A DNA stretch of 63,141 bases, filler included, from Collodictyon triciliatum (GCA_043381765.1; 22 parts of 22 records of this genome joined end to end with filler, not necessarily neighbours in it), one strand, 5' to 3'; shown: positions 11,680 through 28,802, counted from the first letter of the whole stretch. The notes: generated by a model from the letters alone, not told the origin. Program-made: numbers and translations.

Positions 11680-14174
11680 ATGAGCCTCGAGCTGCCTACC
11701 ATCACACCGCGGACGCCGCGGACGCCACGCACGCCACGCACTCCGCACACCCCGCACTTTGGGCGATCTCCGCGCTTCTCCCGACAGTTGTATCTGAGCG
11801 GTTCGGACGGATCGCCTCCGAAAGCTGCGCACGAAGCCGTTTACGAAAAGACACAGAGTCTGCTGCTGCCACCATTGTCCAACACACAGGCCGGCCGCTT
11901 CCCAAACGCACACGAACAATGCGAAGAAAGTCCACAGCTGCTTCGCGAGCGCAAGAAATCACCCAGATTAAGCCTCACATCAACAGCAGGAACAACAGGA
12001 ACCACAACAGGAGCAGCCACTTTCGCCCTAACAGACACAGCAAAAACGGCGGTATCTACTTCATTGGCCAAAACAGGCACAGCGTCGGGGGATCTTCTCG
12101 GAAGTGGGCAGCCTCTCGCATTGTCGGCAAAACTCAGCGCCAGGCGGCGTGGGAAGATGCCGTCTGTGGATTCACTGTCCGTCAGGGATGTATCATACTT
12201 GTCAGATGCAAAAGGCTTCCACACGGCTCCGACAAAGGCTTCGCACATTGTGGAAGGCATGGCAGATTCGGATGGGATTGAGCCGTTCAACCCCAATGCT
12301 GCGGGGATACTTGGCTTGACTCTGCCTCTTTCGCTTCTCCCAGATGAGCTGCAGCTTGTTTCTATCCAGGCTGCTCTTCCCACGGCGCTCCCAGCGCATA
12401 TAACTCGATCTGAGTTTGAAAGTAAGTGGTTCCAGTGATGCGCACACCTGAATTCGATGCTTATTTGATCAAGTGGTATTATTGAACACGTACATCAGGA
12501 CACAATAAGTCAATAGACAAAAATCGATTTCAATAGATAAGCAAAAATATTAATCCATATATATATTGTATTTTATACGACCAAGTCAAGGTGATATTCA
12601 TAGTAACCTGTGATTCGAATATCCACATTTCATGAATATTTTATATCCACAAATGCGTTAGTAATTTCTAATTGCATTCGATGTTTAAAAGGTAGGAGTT
12701 GGGCAATGAGAGAATACGCATCTCAAAAGTAAGCAAATGATGCCATACTTCAAAATAAAACATGGTTCGGATATCATGGAAAAATTGAAAGAAATAAAAA
12801 TATCTGATAGAGAAGCCATTATTGCCCATAGAATAGTGTTTTACATCATTTATATAGCTGCTTATAAAGCCCTCCTGGTATTGCAAAATTTTAGCCCGAC
12901 TAGTAGAATGGAAGCTATTCGAGTGTGGGATATGCTCCAAACATGCAGAGAAAACATTGACAACAGTGGGGTACTTTGGAATACGAAAGAAGAATCAGGC
13001 CAGAGGGAGCCTTCATCACTTGAATACGACACACTTGACATGATGCCCAAACTACTCCAAGTTATACAAACTGAGCAAAGCATATTCGATACATGCTTCA
13101 ATGAAATTATCAGACAGGTACCAAATCGCCATGACTTTATCAAAATGTGAAATTGTAGGATGACTGCTTTCCATATGCAAGAACTTGTAAAGTGCTGTTT
13201 CATAATCATAAAGTTAATTACTTTATATATGCTACGGGCCTTTTGTTTATTTTCATTTTTTAAACTGTACAACTCTATATGTTACATTAGGTTACCGTTC
13301 AATGTGCAGAGCGAGGAGCAGTACTTTACGAAATAAGGCGCCTTTATTCAAAATTATTCTCTGTCATACCAGACAGGGTAATCCTTTCTATGAACTTAAA
13401 ATATAGACATAGATTTTACCAAATCCTTTGTCTCAGCCTGATTAGGTCTCAAAAATGATTATGTACTTTTATTTAATTTTTTTGAACATGTCACGCGAGT
13501 TGTAGCTGTACTAAATATGAATTATCGTAGTTGTCTCCTATAAAAGAAAGGCTTTTAGCACAAACCAAGCTTTCAAAAAGACTAGCGGATGAGCTCTTGG
13601 TTCTGAGAAAGTTATTCGATACCGTTAAATTAGGTACCGAGTTTTTAATTTGTTTCGATTCGAACCTTTTCAATTCTCTAATTTTCTGTTTCATATATAT
13701 AATTAGATTATGACGTTCTCAAGGCGGAGTTTGATACAATAAAGAAGGAGTATCATGATTTACAATTTTATCTCAAAAGGTTTCACCAACATCATATTGT
13801 ACTATTAATTAGCTTAATCTTGAACTCCGAATTGAATTAAGGAAAAGAAATATATTTTTGTTGATAATCTATTTCAGTATTTGATAACATTAAGACACTA
13901 TACACCATCATGCACAAAATTGAAAGGAAGAATAAAAAAACATTAAGACACTATAATCATTCCTCTATCCCATAAATTTGTCTTCATAGTATATATTGTT
14001 GGTGAAGAAAAGTTTATTTAATAATCCATTCAGCAATATTTATGCAAATATGAGAGGAGATACATTCATATATAACCATCATAACTAGAATGAAGGAAGA
14101 ACAATCAAAGGCCAATGACATGCTCATCGAATATAAAGAGTTGAATAATCTACAGAGAAAAAGACTAGAAACAG
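11680..14174 (+). CDS. AXDND1: Axonemal dynein light chain domain protein (AXDND1-like), 5' part
   Basis: Spliced PTSRMEAI...EQSIFDTCFNEIIRQ|VTVQCAERGAVLYEIRRLY (p28/DNALI1-type domain) and LIEYKELNNLQRKRLE. N-terminal (TPR)n low-complexity tract. Confidence 0.75.
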
Positions 14175-14256
14175 GTGCTGTTTTTCGTGTGGTAAAATTA
14201 ATCTTGAAGTAATTCAGAATTATTTGGATAGAGCGTTTTTTTTTTTTTTTTTTCTT

Positions 14257-14304
<48 letters not shown>

Positions 14305-14406
14305 TTNNNNNNNNNNNNNNNNNNNNNNNNNNNNNNNNNNNNNNNNNNNNTTAATTAATTAANNNNNNNNNNNNNNNNNNNNNNNNNNNNNNNNNNNNNN
14401 NNNNNN

Positions 14407-14505
<99 letters not shown>

Positions 14506-15764
14506 TTTATGGCCGTGACGTACAAAACGACACATATTCCTTGACCTAGTACGCATTTTTCTTCTTACTCTACTATATTTTCCCTCCATCTGTTTTCTTA
14601 TTCCCGTTTCTTGGATTATTTTCCTGAAATAGTTTCAGGTTCTTCTGTTGGATGATACTCGCTCGCTGGTGGTTTATATAAGAGGCTCGCTTCTATTTGC
14701 ATTCAACTTCCACCCCTCCCTCCAGCAATCAGTGGAAATTGGTGTTTATGAACCTGGGCAGTAATGCTTCTTTAATGATGACAAGAATCACAGTGATGAC
14801 AAACTTACCTAGTTGTGTAATGTCAAATATCTTGTCTATCCCTATCCTTCTCCTTTTTAATTAAATAATTTTCTTTGGATTACCTGGGGAAAAAGGTATA
14901 TTCCGTTGCTGGAGAGTGATTCAAAATTGTTTGGAGGGGCTGGTTTCTGCATAACAGACCCCATAAACACGGCTCCCTGTAGCCTTTACAACAAACCAAA
15001 TACACTCAAGGTAACTTTACTACAGATTTATGCGTGCGAAGTTAAAGCATAGCCCCATATTTGGGGCAGGTCTTGTCGAAGAGTAGCAAGATTCCGTTAT
15101 TTATTATGTATTTGCACCTCCATAAATCCTAGTTTCTCATGCCTGCTCGCTCAGCCGTTGTCCTGTGCCCTGCGAGTGCATACTCATCCGGGGACTACGG
15201 AGCATGTCACATCATGTGATGTTATCGCGCCTGTAGATAACATCCCTGCCATATCCATGATTACATCAAAATGAAGTATCGCATATGTTTCCCATTTCTC
15301 TCTCTTTTTTTTCTTGCTCTATCCATTCCCTGGGAAGTACTCTCGGTATCTTCTGCATGACTTTCTGGGACGTTTCTCTATGCTTCTGCTCAGCATCGAT
15401 TTCCTTATATCACTAAGACTAAAACGACAATTGCACATCAGTTTTGTCTGTCTGTTCCGCGAGTGTGGGATATCAGAATAAAATCTTCATAAACGATAAG
15501 AAAAAAAAAACAGAGAATCTGCCTGGAATGCCATGTGGTTCAAATGAGCCAAATCTTGGGTGCATCTCCACCCTCGACTACCGAATTTATACATATTTAG
15601 GCAGCTCGTGCATCAAGATCAGGCGACTTTTCCACAATCCATCAGGTTTGATCACAACCGCCCGAGAAAAAAAAAAGAGCAAAAGAAAAAGAATAATAAA
15701 AAATAAAAAAAAAACCAACTTTTTTTTAATAGTCAAGTGTTTATCTATTTCTTCAAGGTTGGAG

Positions 15765-16518
15765 ATGTTTGTGGAAAAGTTTGAAGACTTTATTCAGAAG
15801 GCGGAGCAGCTCTACCTTGAAAGACCGATGCAGGTTCCCCAGCAACTACCTCATCCCGCATATCTCTTTTACTCCGGCTTTATTTGCAAGTGGAGTTATC
15901 TTCCTCCTCAAACAAAGAGTGTGAAGCGAAAGCTTTTTGTTGACTGATACTCGGACTATTTTATTTTGACATACACACACATATATATATATATATACAA
16001 ATACGCATCCTGCAGACCAGATATGTCATCAAGTACAGACACAAGGAAGGGAAACTCGTTCTAAAGGTCACAGACGACAAAGTGGTACGTATTTGGGGAG
16101 TTCTCCGACAACTAAAGGCAAGAAGCGGGTCCCCAGATGTGCGTAATGGACTTATACTTCTGCTAATATATATCTCTATTATTGCAAATCCAAGTGCCTC
16201 AAGCATTATCTGGACTACCTGCAAGATCTCAAGAAACTCGAGCGACTTACGCTGGTCTTTCTGCGCCTTTCTTCAAACAAAACCATAGAACCTTACAGCA
16301 CCATCGAAGAAACAGGTTTTTTTTCTCCCCGTTTACAACACCTCCAAAGAAATGGCTTCTTTTCTTCCCTTGTTTGATGTTCGATTAGTTCATATCTTTA
16401 TTAATATTATATTCTATACTATCTCTGACCACTTTACCCTCACAAATTCGCCATAGCACCCATCGCGTCTGCCGCAGAGACTGCAACCAACTCAGTCCCA
16501 AAGAGAAGAAAGAAATAA
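15765..16518 (+). CDS. SRP9: Signal recognition particle 9 kDa protein (exons 15765-15833, 16016-16084, 16195-16315, 16457-16518)
   Basis: FEDFIQKAEQLYLERPMQ|TRYVIKYRHKEGKLVLKVTDDKV|CLKH...DLKKLERL. Exon phases consistent. Confidence 0.93.
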
Positions 16519-18393
16519 CTTGTGCAATTTAAAGCATTTTATTTCCACACGAACCTCTCCAGCCGACTTTTCTTTTTCTTTTTTTTCATCTTATTTTTGG
16601 CTTTTGGTCAGAGACTCCCTTTCATGGCCATAGACAAGCGTTACTTGAAACTCGCATTTTTTTGGGCATGCCTTGGCCAAAAATTAAATGTGGTGAACTC
16701 ATATGCATTGCATCTTATATTTCTTGGCCAAAATAATGGACTTCTCGACAAACAGAGTAAATAAACCATCAGACTTAATTCTCTCTCTCGAACCCGAATT
16801 CTCGAATTATCCTTTTCTTTTATTTTCTTTTCTTTTCTTTTCTTTTATTCGAAAACAAATCAAATGATAATGGTCGATGGATAATCTACAATAGCCAGAT
16901 GAAAAAAAATAATCGGAAGTTTGGGAGGTGAGTCTTTAGGAAACACAGGCGAAGTATGTTTTACATTAAACATTTTGAATTGAGAGAACGAATCGAACAA
17001 TCTGTAAGCAGAATCGATGTTGCATGATCGATTTATTGGTTTTAATTCTTGAGGAGGATGCGTGCGCTTCAGGCTTATTTAAATTCTTTTTTCTTCTTTT
17101 TTCTTCTTTTTTCTTCTTTTTTCTTCTTTTTTCTTCTTTTTTCTTCTTTTTTCTTCTTTTTTCTGCTCTTTTCTTTACTGCTTTTCTTTGNNNNNNNNNN
17201 NNNNNNNNNNNNNNNNNNNNNNNNNNNNNNNNNNTTAATTAATTAANNNNNNNNNNNNNNNNNNNNNNNNNNNNNNNNNNNNNNNNNNNNTTCTCTCTTT
17301 TTCTCTCTTTTTCTCTCTTTTTCTCTCTTTTTCTCTCTTTTTCTCTCTTTTTCTCTCTTTTTCTCTCTTTTTCTCTCTTTTTCTCTCTTTTTCTCTCTTT
17401 TTCTCTCTTTTTCTCTTCTTTTCTTTCTTTTCTTCTTTTCTTTTTCTTTCTATATTTTCCTTTTCTTTTCTTTCTTAACTTTTTCCTTTTGCTTCTCTTT
17501 TCTTTTCTTAGTTTTTATTTTCGACTCTGTGTGTGCCTCTGCCCGGTGGTGGACGGATTCCTTGGTTTTGCTTTGGAAGTCTTTCTGTTGCTGGCTGCGA
17601 TTTCCTCACTTTGGATTACTGTTGCGATTATATTTTTTTTTTCATGAAAATTTCGATCATTTTTTGAATTTTGAAACCGGCGACTAATGCGGAGTAACGG
17701 AAGACTTAAGACTGAAATGCACTATTCTGGAATAACAAAGAAGGAAAGTTTCGTAATCGCTTGATTTTCCAGAAAAGGCCTCTTTGTACCTTGCCAAGAT
17801 CAATCAGATCCGCCACCCGAAAGGCTGTTGTGTGATGGGTATCTCAGTCATAGGAGAAGTCTGTTTCTTGAGCCGGTCTATGCTGCCTGCTGCGCTGTCT
17901 CGTCGATGCTTATGCCCTTGGCCGATCGTCTCGATTACTGGCCCTTTTTGTCCTCTCCTGCAGTCAATGCCTTTTTATTTTGATATCTCGGGCCAATTGC
18001 CACTCTCCGATTTAAGCCGGCGTTCAGAGCAAAACAAACCTCTATGCTTTTATGAGCTGTGCCCCTTCTTTCCCATTTGGCCCCTTTATTTTCTTTTTCA
18101 AATTGATCATTACTCTTGGCTTCTCTCACTGTCCTTTTGTTATACATGATCACTTTACAAGTCTCCATAGTGAAAATGGCAGACCAACCTCGAAACCGCC
18201 TCCACTTCGGCTCGTCCTTACCATGGTTTTATTTTTTTTAGCGCACCGCAAAGGCAGCCGAAAAAAAAAACCCCGAGAGCAAGAAAGAATCCTTCGTGCC
18301 AAGTCTACCAGAAAACCCCCCCCAAGTAGAAGTAACTAAAGGGAAAAGGAAGTCACAGGTGTTTGTCTTTTCTTGTTCTAAGAAAGAAAAAAA

Positions 18394-19908
18394 ATGTCAT
18401 TCGTGAAGCTGTTTGTTCGAACTGCCGGTGAAGATCCGTCCTCACAAGTGTCGATCGACTGTCCAAAGGAAGAAACGGTGGCCTTGCTGAAGCAACTGGT
18501 ACTATTGAAACGTTGAATCATTTAACAACGGGTTCATATCTATTGGGATAATGTTTCTTGATAACTCTTACGCGAAGCCAAAGCCCCTTTTCCCTCACGA
18601 AATGAAGCATCAAGTATATTTACTCGGTACACAGGTTCAGCTTTCGCATCGTGCACAACCAGCTCCACTTCAGCAGAAACTCATCTATGCAGGCGCTGTT
18701 TTGAGAGAGGAACAGCGTATCCGGGACGTCTTCCCTCTAGTAATATGAATATAAAACTTATCTTCGTTTGTTCTGGTCATTTTGTTGTCCTTCCTCTTAA
18801 GGTTGTGGAACTAATTGCTATTCTAACAAATACGATATATTCAAAAGCTTTTATGCAAATTTACCACACTGAATGCATTTCAAATACAAATATCTATGCA
18901 TAAGAGCTTTTCAAAAAAAGAAATCATTCTTCCATGATTTTCTCTATCTTTTGAGTCCTATTCTATCCTTATATAAATTCTGTTTCTGGATCCATACATA
19001 CGCTCTAATTACTATATATATATTCGATAAAAGCACATCCAAGAGGGTCCGTTCACGGTCCATCTGGTCATATCAACTGCAGATCAGGTTCGGTCTCAAA
19101 GTAGCAGCGAAAACACCTATCCAACACCGCTGCAGCCGCAAAGCCATAATCCCGGCATGCACGGGTTCGGACCAGGTGTAAACCATGGACATCCCCACAT
19201 GCTCGACCCAGCAACAGCAGAAGCCTACCAGCACTACGTGAATTACATGTGCGTTTTTCAGATTTGCTTATTAAGACATGATATCCCCTTCCCATTCGCT
19301 TGTAAGCGGATTCATGCAATTCATCACAAAAGTACATTTGTACTTATTTATTCACCTATTTGATCATTCCCTATCAAATCTTAAAAAAAAGAAAAAGAAA
19401 AGAAGCCAACGCCCAATTCATACTCTTGGGGGTTTGCAAATTGATGAGTGGCTCAGCATTGTCTGTTTACCATCTCAAGCAGTATCGCCATTCATATATT
19501 ATTTCATTTATTCATGAACACACTCTTCAATATTTTCAACATTCCAAGGCTCTACTGGTCTAGCCTAGGAGTGAATCTTGGATACACATTCCCGCAGTTT
19601 GTGGAGACGATTCTGCCCACGCTGCGAACCCAGATGCAGAATGCAGTGCCCGACAGACCACTCGCTCCTGAGCAACATCAACAACCTCAGGCGGGATTCC
19701 ACCAAAATCTTGGCGATGAGAACAACCCCGCTGTGGGACAAGGTCAGCAAGCAGCTGCACAACCCCGGATTGATGCTCGGCCAAACATTAACTTTGGAGA
19801 GGGATTTAACATTGTGATGAGGTTCTTTGTTGCGTATATGCTACTTTCAAATAACAGAAATTCAAACAAATGGATCATCATTGGGCTAATTGCATTGGTA
19901 TGGTTTCT
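18394..19908 (+). CDS. HERP/HERPUD-like ERAD protein (N-terminal ubiquitin-like domain, C-terminal TM helices), 3' truncated
   Basis: Exons 18394-18498, 18635-18739, 19034-19248, 19549-19908. TVALLKQL, QKLIYAGAVL, TVHLVI, then hydrophobic hairpin. Confidence 0.75.
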
Positions 19909-20169
19909 GTAAGTGATCCACTTGTGTATGAACTACCTTTCTTTTTCTTCTTTTCTTCTTTTCTTCTTTTCTTCTTTTCTTCTTTTCTTCTTTTCTTCTT
20001 TTCTTCTTTTCTTCTTTTCTTCTTTTCTTCTTTTCTTCTTTTCTTCTTTTATTTTCTTCTTTTCTTTTCNNNNNNNNNNNNNNNNNNNNNNNNNNNNNNN
20101 NNNNNNNNNNNNNTTAATTAATTAANNNNNNNNNNNNNNNNNNNNNNNNNNNNNNNNNNNNNNNNNNNN

Positions 20170-20817
20170 CTCCTTGAGGTATGGAAACTTCAAGTCCGTG
20201 TCTGGATGCCATTCAGATGGGTTTTCATGGTTTGGTGACCAGCCATAACGTGAGCCGAGCGTGCATAGAAAGTATGGACATTCCTCGATAGATTCAAGGC
20301 AGCTGATAACTACCTATAAAATCGAGATTTTTTTGAAACTGATAAAAAAATGAATGAAATATAAAAAAAATCAGAAAAACGTCAATAATTCAAACCAATC
20401 CATTTTCAGATATTTCACTTGTCAGCCCCCAGCGCAAGTCGATGAAAACAAGGATGACGCCCTTCTTTTTGGCAAAGTCTTTGAGTCTGCAGCAATTTTT
20501 GATTCATCAATATACCGAACATACAAACATATGATTATGGAACTTCATAATTGACAAAAACAATATTACTTTTTTTCGGCATTTGCAAAGAACTCGTCTC
20601 TTTCTCTTTGCATGTCTCGAAATGTGGAGGACATGAAGATTCTCAAAACCCTTTCATCTTGCACAGATATCCATCTATCCTTATCATCAGAATAAAATGA
20701 GCCTGGAATTACGAATCGATGGATCTTCACATCAGCTGGCGCGGGTTCCTGTGTTGGTTCCATCTGTTTCTGGTCCCCAGATTCTTGCTGGGTTGAATAA
20801 CTCCATATGCCTCCCAT
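20170..20817 (-). CDS. DUF4062-domain protein, N-terminal exons (NPHP3/NWD/TEP1-like NACHT family)
   Basis: RIFMSSTFRDMQRERD|...FIDLRWGLTSE|VISCLESIEECPYFLCTLGSRYGW. Starts MG (possible myristoylation). Confidence 0.88.
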
Positions 20818-21075
20818 TTCCTGATTATAGTTCATTTGTTTGTTTGTTTTTTTAAAAAAAAAAATGAATGGAATGAATGTGGACATATTCATTTGCTTCA
20901 TCTCAATTTCTTCTTGAGTTCAAAATTTGTATGTCAAAGGGGATAACTATATTATGGCCATAATGATAAAAAGTTTATTAGAAACGGAACATTTGTACTA
21001 AATCATGCTTATTCATTAGTCAAGAAAGTATCAAGGTCTGTTAATCTACGTGCAGGGTATATACATATTTCTAGT

Positions 21076-21124
<49 letters not shown>

Positions 21125-21507
21125 GATTTTTTGAATATTAATGATATGAACACTCAGTTGTCAACAATTTGAATTATGATTAACTTGTGAATGATCCTAC
21201 TATTACATCTACTATTACATTTATTTTTTTTATTCATTTACTATTACATTTATTTATTTATTTATATATTTATATATTTATATATTTATTTATTTAGTTA
21301 TTTGTTGGATCGCTGCTTTTGTTTCAGTTTTTTTTTAAAATATTATAGTTTCGTTTTATTTTGTTTCTTTATTGATGTTGAAATATGATGACCATATAAT
21401 TTTTTTTAATATCACACTATTATTGTGTCTTCTCTCATACTGCTATTATATTATCATTATTCAAAACTTGAGAAAGGACTATGGCCACATGCATCACTTC
21501 AACCATC

Positions 21508-22948
21508 AATGAACCCCAGCGAGACCAGAAGTATAATGGCGAAAGTCAGCTCTATGCATAGCGGAACTTGCATCGGGAAACGGAACCTCCCGACCGATCG
21601 TTTGCGGCTGATATACCACTTATCGATAAAAGTGCAATTGAGAAGGAACTCTTCAAAGACGAAGACTGCTTTGTCCGCCTTCGGGGCAAGCAATGGCCTG
21701 TTCTTTCTTTCGCAAACCGTGGTGATATGTGCAAGCAACTGCGGGATGTAATGGAAGCCCGATATTGCGACGAAAAGGACGTGACACTTATGGTGGACAG
21801 CCCTGCCCTCGGACTCAGGATCGCCTTCCCAAGAAAAGAAAACGCAGCTGCCCTCATTAAAGAGGGGTCGTTTAAGCTCCTCAATCACCAATACACTCCC
21901 ATGCCAGTAAAAACTATCACAAAGGTTGCGCACCTGTCTAACATACCGCTGGGGTCAAGTGGACTGACATTTTCGAAGCCTGCAGCGAGTACTTCATCCC
22001 AATCAAAGTCAACTGGACAAAGCCGGGAGGAATATGCATGAATGATGCACTGGTACTTTTGACGAAGAACAGGAAGAATTAGGGAAAAATACCTACCTTT
22101 GTCGTCATTCATGACAGATGCTGTCGCGTGGAGATACGCGCTCTCAAAGAGTCTGACATCCCACCAACTCTCCCCAACAAAGAATGGTATGACACACAAG
22201 GTCAAGCCACAAAAAAAAAGAACTGCTACTTTCAAGCCGATCACCAAAAAACAAGCGGCCACCAAAAAACAAAACGCCACCACTCGCTTCTCAGGCTTCA
22301 ACACAAAAGTAGCCGACTTCAGCGCTAAAGACTGGCCAACCGTGCAGGAATCGTCTGTGCAAAACAAGCCCAGAGCCCAACAACAAGGCCAAAGGCAACA
22401 CGCGTCGTCTTCTAATATCAGAGGGAGAAATCTGACAAGACATCCGTGGATGAAGTGCTCGGAGTCTCAATCAAGACAAAGGTTCAGGAGCGGCCCCAAA
22501 ATCAAGAAACGGATATCGAAATGATGAACGAAACACCAGGCGATTTGTCCGAAAGTGCTTCATCAAGTTCGCCAATGAACACGGAGGAAGCAATATCAAT
22601 CGTGGAATGTCTTCAAGGAAGAGGAGGAAACGTCGATACCCTCCAAGATTTCCAACCTCCTCAAACCGATGATATCTCACCAAGCTCTCCTTTAAACCAT
22701 GGAGAGGACGCCGAGGAAAGGGAAATCCAAGCCAACTCAGTAACAGAATCGGGAATAGCATTATATCACCCAGCAAACCACACCCACCAGCCTCCTTAGA
22801 GGTCATGGCTCCTGGAACCACTCAAGAGACTCTTTCTTCAGCAAGTACTGCGCAATCCATAAGAAGCGACGTCCCAGACTCGGGATTGGAAGAACAACAG
22901 TCCATCCAACCTGTCGTCGTCATAGAAGGTTCTGCTGAGGAAGAAAGT
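21508..22948 (+). mobile_element. Degenerate non-LTR retrotransposon ORF1-like (gag/RRM-like) sequence
   Basis: Intronless, frameshifted. KVAHLSNIPLG/VKWTDIFEACSEYF...IPTFVVIHDRCCRVEI resembles L1/Tx1 ORF1 RRM region. Contains an in-frame stop and a low-complexity tail. Confidence 0.5.
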
Positions 22949-23048
22949 NNNNNNNNNNNNNNNNNNNNNNNNNNNNNNNNNNNNNNNNNNNNTTAATTAA
23001 TTAANNNNNNNNNNNNNNNNNNNNNNNNNNNNNNNNNNNNNNNNNNNN

Positions 23049-25636
<2,588 letters not shown>

Positions 25637-25751
25637 GTAACTGGACAAATGACTATGATTCCCTTCCAAGTGAATGTAGAGTAAGTGATGCATGCATTTT
25701 ATTCAGGACGCTCGATAAAATTTGGGAGAATTCAAGAGCCCTTTCCCTCAT

Positions 25752-25826
<75 letters not shown>

Positions 25827-26300
25827 NNNNNNNNNNNNNNNNNNNNNNNNNNNNNNNNNNNNNNNNNNNNTTAATTAATTAANNNNNNNNNNNNNNNNNN
25901 NNNNNNNNNNNNNNNNNNNNNNNNNNAAAAGAGAGAAGAAAAAGAGAGAAGAAAAAGAGAGAAGAAAAAGAGAGAAGAAAAAGAGAGAAGAAAAAGAGAG
26001 AAGAAAAAGAGAGAAGAAAAAGAGAGAAGAAAAAGAAAAAAGAAAAAAGAAAAAGAGAGAAGAGAGAAGAAAAAGAAAAGAAAAAGAAAGAAGATGTAGA
26101 AAAAAGAAAAGAAAAAAGAAAAAAGAAAAAAAGAAAAAAAGCTTCATTAGATTCAACATGAATAGCCGGAGGTAAAGACGATAAAGGGCCTTCGATAGTA
26201 AAAGAACAAACAAAACGGTGGCAGCGGATATAGAAAGTCATTCTGGTGATAGCTATGATATGCTTGAATGAGAAATAACAGCGCCAGACATATATGATAC

Positions 26301-26560
26301 CTGACTGCTCCATGTTGGAAGAAGATATCTCGCTCCCGCTGCATGTCCCGAAATGTGGAGGAGATAAAGACACGGGCTATTCCTGCATCAGCTATCTGCC
26401 TCGGCAACTCCGGGACAATCTTCCATGAGTCGTGCAGAGCGTTAGCCGAGGCCATGGACAGTTTTTCGTGCTCAAGGCCGAGTGCTTTCCCTCTCCCTGT
26501 AAATATTGTTTGGGGTCTTTTTCAAGAGAGGCGGTCAGTCGTTGTGGGGCGCCATGGACT
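26301..26560 (-). CDS. Second DUF4062-domain protein, exon fragment
   Basis: ARVFISSTFRDMQRERDIFF followed by a GT donor. Confidence 0.8.
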
Positions 26561-26613
26561 GTGTCAGAGCAAGGTGGGCTTCATGGCTGCAACAAAGAAG
26601 GCTACCGACGTAA

Positions 26614-27483
26614 GAAATGAAATGAAAAGAAAAAGAAAAAGAAAAAGAAAAAAGAAAAAGGAAGAAAAAGGAAAAGGAAAAAGAAAAAGAAAAAGAAAAA
26701 GAAAAAGAAAAGAAAAAGAAAAAGAAAAAAGAGAAAGAGAAAGAGAAAGGAAAAAGAGAAAGGTAGAAAAAGGAAAAGGAAGAAGAAAAAGAAAAAAGAA
26801 AAAAGAAAAAGAAAAGAAAAAGAGAAAGAGAAAAAGAAAAAGAAAAAGAAAGAGAAAAGGAAGAAAAAGGAAGGAAAAGAATAAGAAAAAGAAAAAGAAA
26901 AGAAAAAGAAAAAAGAAAAAGGAAGAGAAAAAGAAAAAAGAAAAAGAAAGAGAAAAGAAAAAAAGAAAAAAGAAAAAAAAGAAAAGGAAAAAAAGAAAGG
27001 AAGAAAAAGAAAAGAAGAAAGAAAAAGAAATAGAAAAGAAAAAGAAAAAGAAAAAGAAAAAGAAAAAGAAAAAGAAAAAGAAAAAGAAAAGAAAAAGAAA
27101 AGAAGAAAAAGAAAAGGAAAAGAAAAAGAAAAGAAAAGAAAAAGGAAAAAGAGAAAGGAAAAAGAGAAAGAGAAAGAGAAAGAGAAAGGAAAAAGAGAAA
27201 GGTAGAAAAGGAAAAGGAAGAGAAAAAGAAAAAAAGGAAAAGAAAAGGAAAAGAAAAAGAAAAGAAGAAAAAGAAAAAAGAAGAAAAAGAAAAAGAAAAA
27301 GAAAAAGAAAAAAGAAGAAGAAAAGAAAAAAGAAAAAGGAAGAGAAAAAGAGAAAAAGAAAAGAAAAAAGAAAAAGAAAAAGGAAGAAAAAGGAAAAAGA
27401 AAAAGGATGAAATAGGAAGAAAAAGGAAAAAGAAAAGAAAAAGAAAAAGAAAAAGAAAAGGGAAAAGAAAAGAAAAATAAAAG
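26614..27483. repeat. About 870-nt nearly pure polypurine (GAAAA/GAAAAA-type) low-complexity tract
   Basis: Almost exclusively A/G on the + strand. Confidence 0.95.
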
Positions 27484-27868
27484 CAGCCGCCAGATCCCTG
27501 AGGCGGACCGACACAGCCCTTTCGCACACGCGGGATTCTTCAAAGGTGATATCGGTGGTGTGGCGCTCTCGTGTTTGGCTCAGATTTTTCTGTCCATAAT
27601 GAGCAAAATCACAAACCCTTTATTAGAAGTTGAATCAGCCACAACCAGCCACAACCAGCCACAATGAGCCACTAAATTCTTCATCCATTGAATCCAAACA
27701 TTCCCTTAAGAAAAAGCAGCAGACTTTTAAGTGTAACTATGGGCGGCATCATTTACACTGTGGCGCAAAGGATCAAACAAAGTTACCACACTGAAACATA
27801 AAGTTGTCTAAGTCGACTTCACCAGCGCGAATCACTAACCCAAACGACAATTAGTATTGTCATCGACT

Positions 27869-28702
27869 ATGAAATATCGGGTGCTACAATCCAAAAACTC
27901 TTTCGTAAACAAATACTTGCTGCCACAAATCGCTCTTAAGGAGAAGTTCGGGCAACACAAGAGCCCGCTGACGCAAAGACACAGCCGTGGTGAAGCTTCT
28001 TTGTCACAAGAACCAGCTCCCTGCAAAGTTTACGGTCATGGGAAAAAAAGTGTCCAAAGCGCATCCTCAAAGAGCGTCCGCCAGCCGCGAACAACGAACG
28101 AGAAGTAAAACCTCCGCAAAAGAATACACCTGCCAAGCAGACAAGCAGCAACGGGGTCAAGGAAGCCAAGGCCAGGCAACACCATAGTCCGCAAGACCCA
28201 CAACAGATACGCGCATACAGCGACAGCGACGATGACATGGAATGAAATCTCGGTTCCTCTTCAGAATCCTCGCACTCGAGCCCTCCACCACCAACACCAG
28301 ACAAGCCCGCACATCGCAAGACCCAAGAGCAGCGCATCTCCAAACCCCGAAAGAAATCCCCCCTTAAACTACCCATTCAAACTGACGTGAATGTGGTTTG
28401 GATTGGAGGCCTCAAGGCAGTCTTCGTTACTTATCCGAAAGGATACTCCAAAGCGAAGGCAACACAAGAACCAACGCCCGCCAAAGATAGTCCGTTTACC
28501 CTGCCCCAGCCCGTCGCACCGAGAACCAAGGAGCAAGAGCAAACAGCACAAGTCGAATCCAAGCTTGGAACTTCACACACCAAAGACAGTCCGAGCAAGC
28601 AGGAGCGTATGTTTCTAAAACCACAAACGCGTATCCATACTCCGGTTAAGCAAAGTCCACTGCCGGCTACGCATGGTTCCGAAACCAGGAGACGGTCAAG
28701 CG
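27869..28702 (+). mobile_element. Possible second degenerate LINE ORF1-like fragment
   Basis: Intronless, frameshifted, A/C-rich. TAVVKLLCHKNQLPAKFTVMGKK loosely parallels the ORF1 at 21.5 kb. Confidence 0.3.
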
Positions 28703-28802
28703 NNNNNNNNNNNNNNNNNNNNNNNNNNNNNNNNNNNNNNNNNNNNTTAATTAATTAANNNNNNNNNNNNNNNNNNNNNNNNNNNNNNNNNNNNNNNNNN
28801 NN

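Noticed and set aside
26343-27543. 355-aa Lys/Arg-rich ORF and antisense Phe-rich ORFs
   Set aside because: Stop-free by-products of the purine tract. The same applies to the MYVC, FCFVL, poly-F/K/N and X-containing ORFs elsewhere.
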